A stretch of 42,838 bases of DNA from Polyangiaceae bacterium (lineage in GTDB: Bacteria > Myxococcota_A > Polyangia > Polyangiales > Polyangiaceae): contig JBNLDK010000070.1 in NCBI GenBank assembly GCA_050304295.1, positions 1 to 42,838 of the forward strand. The letters are read 5' to 3'. Made by a program: the position numbers and the translations under genes. Positions within the stretch are counted from its first letter, which is position 1; every line of letters starts with the position of its first letter. This document shows positions 9,600 through 16,886 of this stretch, one piece after another. The notes under the pieces are model-generated. The model saw only the letters and a list, made by a program, of their open reading frames with translations. It was not told the DNA's origin and ran no database searches.

Positions 9600-9980
9600 G
9601 GGGGTGGGGTCGCGGCGAAGGGGCGGTGGGGTCGAGACGAGCTGGCGGTGGGGTCCAGGCGAACCGGTGGCGGCCTCGGCGGCAGGGGTGCCCCCCTCGA
9701 TCCTGATGGGTGGGCGGTTCCCAGAGCGTTCCCTGCCAGCGGCGGCAGCATTCGGGCACCCGACCCACGAGAACCAGCGGTGCGCCGATCGACGACCGGG
9801 GTCGTGCCCGCGGCGAACCGGGGGTGGGGTCGCGGGTTGCTGGGGGTGGGGTCGCGGGTTGCCTGCGGTGGGCGAAACCAACGGGGTCACGAGGGAGCTG
9901 ACTGGGGTGGTGGTGCCTCCGAGCAGAGCGGTGGTGGGCCCGACCCTTTCTGGGGGTGGGCCCGGCCCTTTCTGGGGGTG
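9600..9980. repeat. Dispersed G-tract repeats (GGGGTGGGGTCGCGG, GGGGTGGGCCCGGCCCTTTCT and variants) that could form G-quadruplexes.
   Basis: Four or more GGGG tracts with short loops at 9601..9658. Near-duplicates lie at 9821..9863 and 9941..9990. Confidence 0.6.
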
Positions 9981-10067
9981 GGCCCGAGCTTCGCGGGGAT
10001 CGCCGCGATCGCCGGCGCCAACCCCGCCCCGCACCGGACGAAAAGACCACGACGGGCAACCACCGGA

Positions 10068-10199
10068 GCGGCGCTCCGACGCTCGCACGGCGGCGCTCCG
10101 ACGCTCGCAGGACGGCGCTCCGACGCTCGCTCGGCGGCGCTCCGACGAGCGCAGGGCGGCGCTCCGACGCTCGCTCGGCGGCGCTCCGACGCTCGCTCG
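10068..10199. repeat. Six tandem 22-bp repeats (GCGGCGCTCCGACGCTCGCWSG), a minisatellite.
   Basis: Units start at 10068, 10090, 10112, 10134, 10156 and 10178 with 1-3 mismatches. There are no spacers, so this is not CRISPR. Confidence 0.85.
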
Positions 10200-10305
10200 C
10201 TCTGGCGGGGACTGAGCGAGGAGCTGTCGCGGGAGGTGGAGCCCGCTGGCCGTGGCGGGTTCCTCACGGTGCGCCTGGCGCAGCATACGGGGCGCCAGCG
10301 CCACT

Positions 10306-11535
10306 TCAGTCCACTCTGCAGGTGAACTCATGCACTCCGAGCTCACCACCAGCACCGCCCGCGAAGATCTCGAAGCCGAAGAACACGTCCGTCAAGTAGA
10401 AGCTTGGGAGAATGCCATACTCGTCCGCGGCGTGGAGAAACTCGGTCAGGTCGAGCGACACCTGCGCGATGTCGGAGCGCGCCACGAAGGTGACGAGCGG
10501 GACGGGGCCGTAGCCGGCGGGTCCGTTCCAGGTGCCGACCCAGACGTCCCAGGTGTACCCCGCGATGACGGCGTCGCCCTCATCCACGCCGGGCGGCGAG
10601 GTGTCGCTCGGCGCGTGCAACCACAGCCTCATCATGCCGTCGATCGCGTCGAGGTAGGTGGTGATCGGCGGAGCGTGGGCCAGCCAGAGCTCGCAGTTGG
10701 TCGCGAAGCTCTCGGTGGTGCCGCCCCACGCGAGGGACGTCTCGATGCTGGCGATCGCTGAAACCTGGCGAGGGAGGCGGTCGGTATCGGCGGTGGAGAA
10801 GACGCCCCCGCGAGTGTCACCGTTGGAGCCGATGTAGAGGGAGGGGAACGACACGGGCTCGCCGGCGCGCGACGAGACGCCGTACCCCTCGACCACCGTG
10901 AAGCTGTTGTCGACGTACTCGAGGATCAGATCCGTGTTGAGGGGGTCGCCGTAGTTGTTGTTCTGGATGACGTACTGCTCACCGTCGCGCAGCACCTTCG
11001 CGCGGTCGAGATCTCCCTCGGGCGAGGACTCGGTCGAGCCCACCGTGCCGAACAGTGTTCCCACCCAGCCCCCCGTGGCAGCGCGCCCCCCCGTCGCCTC
11101 CACGCCAGCGGCACCGCCGCTACCCGCGCTGCCCGCGGTGCCGCCCGGCGCCCCGCCCAGAGAGAGCTGGCCTCCGGTCGCGCCCGTGGGCTGTCCGCCA
11201 CCTCCCGACCCACCCGACTCGGCGCCGCCCGTCGGCTCGCCGCCGGTCGCGACTCCCCCGGATCCAAGCCCCCCAAGGCTCTCGACGCCACCGGTGCCGC
11301 CTTCCCCACCCAGCGCGCTGCCTCCCGTCGTGGTCTCCTCCGCGCCCCCGAGACCACCGGTGCCCCCTGCGCTGGACGCGCCGCCCCCGTGGTCACCGCC
11401 GGTGCTCGGACCCACTTCGCCCCCGGTGCCGCCGAATCCCGATCGACCCCCCGTCTCCCCGCTCGTCGAGTCGATCCCTCCCGAGCAGGCGGTGAGTGCC
11501 AGTAGCAACCACTCCCCCCGGACCCTCGGTGCCAT
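10306..11535 (-). CDS. Secreted lipoprotein glycoside hydrolase family 12 (endo-beta-1,4-glucanase/xyloglucanase-like) with a Gly/Thr-rich linker.
   Basis: I place the start at the internal ATG at 11535, which begins MAPRVRGEWLLLALTACSGG (lipobox). The C-terminal domain matches the GH12 catalytic motifs as I recall them from Rhodothermus Cel12A: YVIQNNNYG (cf. YRVINNVWG), NCELWLAH (nucleophile Glu, cf. ELMIW) and FGFEIFAGGAGG (acid/base Glu, cf. GFELWEGGAGL). Confidence 0.65.
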   Translation of the reverse strand: MAPRVRGEWLLLALTACSGGIDSTSGETGGRSGFGGTGGEVGPSTGGDHGGGASSAGGTGGLGGAEETTTGGSALGGEGGTGGVESLGGLGSGGVATGGEPTGGAESGGSGGGGQPTGATGGQLSLGGAPGGTAGSAGSGGAAGVEATGGRAATGGWVGTLFGTVGSTESSPEGDLDRAKVLRDGEQYVIQNNNYGDPLNTDLILEYVDNSFTVVEGYGVSSRAGEPVSFPSLYIGSNGDTRGGVFSTADTDRLPRQVSAIASIETSLAWGGTTESFATNCELWLAHAPPITTYLDAIDGMMRLWLHAPSDTSPPGVDEGDAVIAGYTWDVWVGTWNGPAGYGPVPLVTFVARSDIAQVSLDLTEFLHAADEYGILPSFYLTDVFFGFEIFAGGAGGELGVHEFTCRVD

Positions 11536-11572
11536 GCCGAGCAGGGTAGCCGACTCGACGCGCGACCGCGAG

Positions 11573-14500
11573 TCAGCGCCCCACGCGCTGCTCTGCAACC
11601 TGCATCAGCTGCCGAACTTCGGCCAGCTGGGTCATCAGCTCCTGCAGCTTCTCCCCGAGGGCGCGGGTGTCCGCGCGACGGCTGCTCAGAGCGTCCACCA
11701 GGGGGTACACCATGCGCTCGACCAGGGCGACCTGGCGGTCGAGCAGCGTGTCGAGCCCCGGCGGGGGCTGGTTCTGGACCTCGATCTGGAGCTGGTGCCC
11801 GCCGAGCTGCGCCAGCGCTTGCCCAAGCCGCTCGAGCTGCGGTTCGATCCACGCCGGTGGAGCGTCCGTTGACGGCTCGAGACGGGGCTCGGCAGCTCGC
11901 CGGTCGGCAGCGGCGGTGGCGTCGGACACGGCAGCTCGGATCGCTTCCAGTCGCGATCCCAGGCCGGACAGCGTTCCCGTGAGGCGCGTGACCGGGTCGT
12001 CGTCCTGACCCCCCATCGTCTGCAGGCGGGAGAACTCGCTCTTGATCTGTTGCCAGCGCGCGCTCTGCTCGGGAGTCATCCTTTCCCGCAGCTCCGCCAG
12101 CCGCAAGAGGTTGGACTCGGCGCCGGTCGTCAGAGTCTGCGCCTCCCCGGCGTAGTGGTCGTCGAGCAGCGCCTCGAGCTCGTCGTCGTTGAGCGCCGCC
12201 ACCACCTTCTCCGCCAGCTTGTTCATGTTGCGGTAGCTGCCCTGCAACTTGAACGGAGGCTCGGTGCGGTAGGCGTCTTCCATCGACGCGCTCCGGATGT
12301 ACTCCTGGTTCACCTGGAGCAGGAGCTCCTGGCACTTGCCAAGCTTCTTGAGCACGCTCACGATCTCCTGCACCTCCACCGCCGAGTAGTCGTGTTCGAG
12401 CTCATTGGTGGGGATGTCTGCCCCCTGAGCCATGCACAAGAAACGGTACACGTCCGCGGGAGCGCGCCCCGCCAGGGGGGCGAGCACCGGGTTCGACGTG
12501 AGCGAGTTCTCCAGGTACGAGAGGGCGAAGTCCTGGCCCTTGCCCTCGAGAATGTCGCCCAGGTTGTAGGTGTCCGCGCGGTTGGCCAGCATGTCGGGGA
12601 TCTGGAATTTCTCCCCGCTCTCGGTGTACGGATTGCCCGCCATCACGACACAGAATCGCTTTCCGCGAAGATCGTAGGTCTGGGTCTTGCCGCGCCAGAC
12701 CCCTTCCACGCGGCGCTGCGCGTCGCACAGGCTGATGAACTTCTGGAGTAGCTCCGGATTGGTGTGCTGGATGTCGTCGAGGTAGAGCATCACGTTGTTG
12801 CCCATCTCGAAGGCGAGGTTGATCTTCTCCACCTCCTGACGCGCCGTCGCGCTGCTCGCCTCGGCGGGGTCGAAGGAGGTCACCGTATGCCCCAGGGAGG
12901 GTCCGTTGACCTTCATGAAGACGAGACCCAGGCGATTGGCCACGTACTCCATCAGAGTGGTCTTGCCGTACCCCGGGGGAGACACCACGAGCAAAAGCCC
13001 CATCGTGTCGGTGCGCTTGGTCGCCCCGGCCGCTCCGATCTGCTTGGCGAGGTTCTCACCGATGAGGGGCAGGTAGGTCCCGTCGATCAGACGATTGCGC
13101 ACGAAGGCCGAGAGCACCCGGGGCTTGAGCTCCTCGAGCCGCAATCGGCCGCGTTCCCGCTCCAGGACCTGGTGGCGCAGCTGCCGGTAGGCCTGGTACC
13201 GGGGGACGCGGTCCTCCACGAACTCGTCAAGGCGCGTCGTGAACTCGTCGAGACGGAGCTTCATCACCCCGTCCTCGATCCGTGGATGACGGCCGAGCAG
13301 TCCGGTCACGACCACCTGGCCCATCGCCTCGGTCGACTCGCGGTCGAGCTCCGCGCCGGTGATGAGCAGCACGGCGGCTTCCACCACCGCAGGAGCCAGC
13401 TCTGCGAGGCGCTCGGCCCGGAGCCCCAGCTCGTCGTCCCCGGTCGCGAGGAAGCCGCGTAGCCAGGCAAGCGCCACGCGGAACCGATCGGCGGACGACT
13501 GCCCGAGAGCGCGCAGGTCGTCCTCCAGCGCGAGACGCTGGGCGCGACGATCCAGGTTGGCGAGGAGCGCGTTCACGAGCTGTGTGGCCTCGCTGCTGGT
13601 GGTGAAGCGCAACCGCTCCTGCGCCAGCTCCGCGGCGAGGTACTGGCCGGCCGCGCGCACCTCCGCGCTGGAGGCGGGAAGCTCCTGGCTCCGCAGAAAG
13701 TTGGCAATCCGGGTCGCCAGCTCCGCAGAGAAGTCGTTCTGCGCTGCGGGACTGGAGAAGGTGCCGCGCAGGCGACCGAGACTCTGCCCCAGTCGGCCCA
13801 GGCGCGCCTTCAGCTCGCGGTCCTCGAGCTCCGACCAGAAGAACGCGGCCAGCGCCCGTGACGTCGGAGCAAATCGAAGCAGCCCCGCCGTGCTCCGCAG
13901 CGACAGCACCCGGTCTAGGACTGCGGCGCCGTCAGCGTCGTGGACCCCGCGCTCGTAGCCCTCGTCGTAGCGATTGGCGGCCCACTGACGCACGATCTCG
14001 AGCAGGCGCCCCGCGACGACCGCGTCGCTCAACTCCGCGAGCGTCAATCCCTGCTCGGCCCCCTCGGCCGCGCGCAAGACGGACGCAGCGAGGTACTCCC
14101 CACGATAGACGGTGGGACTCTCGCTCACCAGCGGCTGGTCCCAGAACTCCCGGGTCGCCTCGAACGCCGCGTCCTCGACCGCCGCCAGGTAGTCGGTGCC
14201 CGCCAGGTGGAACCGCAACTCGCCCTCCCGCGGGATCAGAGTCAGCTCCAGCGCCTGTCGATTCACGCTGAAGCGGTGCCGCCCCAGCTTGATCAGGTCG
14301 TCGCCCCCCTCGAACAGGTCGATCCTGTCCCGGAGCCCGCGGAGCGCGTCCTGACGCGCCGCCTTCAGCTTCGACTCGATCTCCTCGGCGTGCACCGCGT
14401 CCTCGAGCTCGCGCAGGCGCTCCGCGAAGTCGCGCACCTTGAGAACCAGTGCGTCCGCCGCAAAGTACGCGTTGAGCTCATCGGGCTCCCGGAACGACTG

Positions 14501-16885
14501 CACTCGCCGGGCGATCCCCTCGAAGATGCGGTTCGCCGCGGAGAGGATCGAGCCGGCTCGCCGCTGCCGCTCGTCGAGGAGCTGCTGCTTCTTCGCACCA
14601 AAGGCGTCGTAGACCTCTTCCCGCTTGGCCGTGAGATCACCGATGAACTCGTCGAACTCACCGAAGCGGCCCTCCAGCTCCTCGAGCTGCACCAGGAGCC
14701 GCGACAGCCCCTCGTCGCAGCGCGCCGGAGTGTCGGCCTGGGCAATCGCTCCACTCACACTCTGGGAGAAGAGCTGGAACTGGGCAGCAAACTCGGCCCT
14801 CCCCTCGCGCACCGCGATCGACTGGCGGCGGTTCTCCAGCAAAGCTCGGACGCGATTGAGCTGCGCCAGCACCTCGCTGATCCCTTCGAGCATCTTGGCC
14901 CGCGCCACGGGATCGTCCGTCTCGAGCCCAGTCACCACCTCGCCGAGCGCGTCGACCCCCTGCCCCGTCGCCTCGAGATCCTCGGTGAGGGGCGCGAGAT
15001 CCGTGCTCTTGTCCACCGCCTCGATCCGCCCAGCGATCGTCTCCAGGCGATCGAACAGTGGCCGCAGCGAGGCCTCGTCGAGGAGAAAGGAGACGCATGC
15101 CTGGCTGACCTCGTCGTACGCCGCGACGACCTCGGCCTCCAGGGTCGCGAGCACATCGAGGTCGATGTAGCGCAGCTCACGGAGGGTGATCACGTGTCCC
15201 CGCTGGCTTCGCAACGTGGTCAGCGTCTTCATGAACCCGTCCACGCTGGTCAGATTGCTGGGCTGGGTCCCTCGCAGGACGACGAGTTGGCGCTCCCGAG
15301 CGTCGGTCAGCGCCTCGCCCGCGCGACGCTGGAGCGCGACCACCTTCTCGTACTCGTCGATGACCAGCTCAGCCGTCTGCCGGATATCGTGCAGCGGAGC
15401 GGCGAGATCACCCACCGCCTCGTGGGCGAGCCAGTAGTATGCGTCCGTCGCACGCACGACCGCGGCCACCAGATCCTCGAAGGTCTCTCGCCGTGGCTCT
15501 GGATGCTCCGCCAGACGACAGATGCTCAGCGCGTCGGAGATCCCGCGCACCAGATCGGCATTCCCCACCTTCCCCAGGAAGCCACCCGCCGAGGGGGCGC
15601 GCGCCGCATGCTCCGCCGAGACGAAGGGAGTCTGCCAGATCTGCATCGGGTGCACGCGGGTGGGCTCATCGCCAGCGCTACGAAAGACGACCATCTTGCC
15701 GTCGTCGAACAGCGAGTACCCATGGCACGTCAGGGGCCGCTGCACCTGCTTCTGGATCAGGTTGTAGGGCAGCATCACGTACCGCCCCTCCTCGGCCTGG
15801 TAGAAGACGTAGAGCACGTCCTCGCCGTTGGGCGACCGGACCGCACGGTGGAACATCAGGCCCGCGACGTCCCCCTCGAAGGTCTTCGTTTCGCCACTGA
15901 CGAGGTAGTAGCCCCCGGGAAAGATCAAGCCGTGGTCCTCGGGCAGCTCGACGCACGCCTGTCCGATGTTGTCGATCCGATCGACGCGCTTGGTGCGGGT
16001 GTTGAAGACGAGGTAGCGATCCTGACTCTCACCGTAAGGACGCACCTTGAGCAAGATCAGCGTCCCGACCTTTGCGTACTGCACGTCGGCGTCGTCGACA
16101 GACTGGCGCGGGTCGTCCACCGGCTCCGAGTAGATACCCTCCCCGGTCGCCGTGTTGTTCTCGATCTTCACCGTGAGATCGCCACCGGTGGTCTCGACGA
16201 ACACCTGGTCCAGGATGTTCAAGTGCGGATAGCGCCCGGCGACCTGGTTGTCCCGGGTGGCCACACTCCACTCGAAGCCGTGAGTGGGCGGCACCTCGAG
16301 GTCGCGCTCGCCGCGGTTGTCGATGTAGCTCGTACGCCCCTGCGGATCGAGGGCCCAGCGAAACACTCGAACGTCATCGATCTGCCCGCCCACCTGGAAG
16401 ACCGCGAGCAGTTTCGTCTCCGTGGTGCGGAGTTGCACCAGACGAGCGTCCTTGTAGAAGCTGTAGAGTTCAGAGAACTCGCGCACGAACTGCGGGGACT
16501 CGAGGAGCGCGAATGTGTCAGGCGGAAGCTCGTGCAGATCGAATCCGTCGTCGCCCTGCCTGAGCTCGTGCAAACCCAGAACGTCCCGCACGTGGGTCTC
16601 GGTTCGCAGACCCACGAACACGTTGTAACCAAAGAGCAGGTGCCCCCCGACCTGGACGATGTCGCGGGGCACACAGTTGTTCTCGGTCCGGACCCGCGTG
16701 TTCCCGAGGACACTCAGCTCGATCCCGCCGAACACCTCCTGGCGCCTGGCGTTCAGGCGCTGCACCCGCCCGCCCAGCTCCGCTGCCTGTTGGGCGAGCC
16801 GGGCCCGCAGCACCTCGTAGCTGCCCCCAGCCGCTACGTCGGCACCCGAGCCCGCGTCCCTGGGGGTCGATTCCGACACCGCCAC
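11573..16885 (-). CDS. Giant (1,770 aa) AAA+ ATPase of the AAA_5 (MoxR/dynein-related) type. It has an N-terminal beta-rich region and a roughly 900-aa predicted coiled-coil/helical region; I cannot assign it to a named family.
   Basis: Walker A is VVSPPGYGKTTL and Walker B is VMLYLDDIQH. The sensor/Arg-finger region FCVVMAGNPYTESGEKFQIPDMLANRADTY fits the AAA_5 pattern. The GTG start at 16883..16885 lies 1 nt after the flotillin TGA stop. Confidence 0.7.
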   Translation of the reverse strand: MAVSESTPRDAGSGADVAAGGSYEVLRARLAQQAAELGGRVQRLNARRQEVFGGIELSVLGNTRVRTENNCVPRDIVQVGGHLLFGYNVFVGLRTETHVRDVLGLHELRQGDDGFDLHELPPDTFALLESPQFVREFSELYSFYKDARLVQLRTTETKLLAVFQVGGQIDDVRVFRWALDPQGRTSYIDNRGERDLEVPPTHGFEWSVATRDNQVAGRYPHLNILDQVFVETTGGDLTVKIENNTATGEGIYSEPVDDPRQSVDDADVQYAKVGTLILLKVRPYGESQDRYLVFNTRTKRVDRIDNIGQACVELPEDHGLIFPGGYYLVSGETKTFEGDVAGLMFHRAVRSPNGEDVLYVFYQAEEGRYVMLPYNLIQKQVQRPLTCHGYSLFDDGKMVVFRSAGDEPTRVHPMQIWQTPFVSAEHAARAPSAGGFLGKVGNADLVRGISDALSICRLAEHPEPRRETFEDLVAAVVRATDAYYWLAHEAVGDLAAPLHDIRQTAELVIDEYEKVVALQRRAGEALTDARERQLVVLRGTQPSNLTSVDGFMKTLTTLRSQRGHVITLRELRYIDLDVLATLEAEVVAAYDEVSQACVSFLLDEASLRPLFDRLETIAGRIEAVDKSTDLAPLTEDLEATGQGVDALGEVVTGLETDDPVARAKMLEGISEVLAQLNRVRALLENRRQSIAVREGRAEFAAQFQLFSQSVSGAIAQADTPARCDEGLSRLLVQLEELEGRFGEFDEFIGDLTAKREEVYDAFGAKKQQLLDERQRRAGSILSAANRIFEGIARRVQSFREPDELNAYFAADALVLKVRDFAERLRELEDAVHAEEIESKLKAARQDALRGLRDRIDLFEGGDDLIKLGRHRFSVNRQALELTLIPREGELRFHLAGTDYLAAVEDAAFEATREFWDQPLVSESPTVYRGEYLAASVLRAAEGAEQGLTLAELSDAVVAGRLLEIVRQWAANRYDEGYERGVHDADGAAVLDRVLSLRSTAGLLRFAPTSRALAAFFWSELEDRELKARLGRLGQSLGRLRGTFSSPAAQNDFSAELATRIANFLRSQELPASSAEVRAAGQYLAAELAQERLRFTTSSEATQLVNALLANLDRRAQRLALEDDLRALGQSSADRFRVALAWLRGFLATGDDELGLRAERLAELAPAVVEAAVLLITGAELDRESTEAMGQVVVTGLLGRHPRIEDGVMKLRLDEFTTRLDEFVEDRVPRYQAYRQLRHQVLERERGRLRLEELKPRVLSAFVRNRLIDGTYLPLIGENLAKQIGAAGATKRTDTMGLLLVVSPPGYGKTTLMEYVANRLGLVFMKVNGPSLGHTVTSFDPAEASSATARQEVEKINLAFEMGNNVMLYLDDIQHTNPELLQKFISLCDAQRRVEGVWRGKTQTYDLRGKRFCVVMAGNPYTESGEKFQIPDMLANRADTYNLGDILEGKGQDFALSYLENSLTSNPVLAPLAGRAPADVYRFLCMAQGADIPTNELEHDYSAVEVQEIVSVLKKLGKCQELLLQVNQEYIRSASMEDAYRTEPPFKLQGSYRNMNKLAEKVVAALNDDELEALLDDHYAGEAQTLTTGAESNLLRLAELRERMTPEQSARWQQIKSEFSRLQTMGGQDDDPVTRLTGTLSGLGSRLEAIRAAVSDATAAADRRAAEPRLEPSTDAPPAWIEPQLERLGQALAQLGGHQLQIEVQNQPPPGLDTLLDRQVALVERMVYPLVDALSSRRADTRALGEKLQELMTQLAEVRQLMQVAEQRVGR

Positions 16886-16886
16886 G

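Noticed and set aside
10068-10199. A possible CRISPR array.
   Set aside because: The 22-bp units are directly contiguous with no unique spacers, and there are no cas genes in the window. It is a minisatellite.
9189-10355. A 388-aa minus-strand ORF and its overlapping neighbours (9595..10215, 9648..10325, 9887..10267) spanning the 1.1-kb repeat tract.
   Set aside because: Their translations are Pro/Arg/Gly/Ser low-complexity. Part of each simply reads through the 22-bp tandem repeats and G-tracts, and there is no start context or domain.
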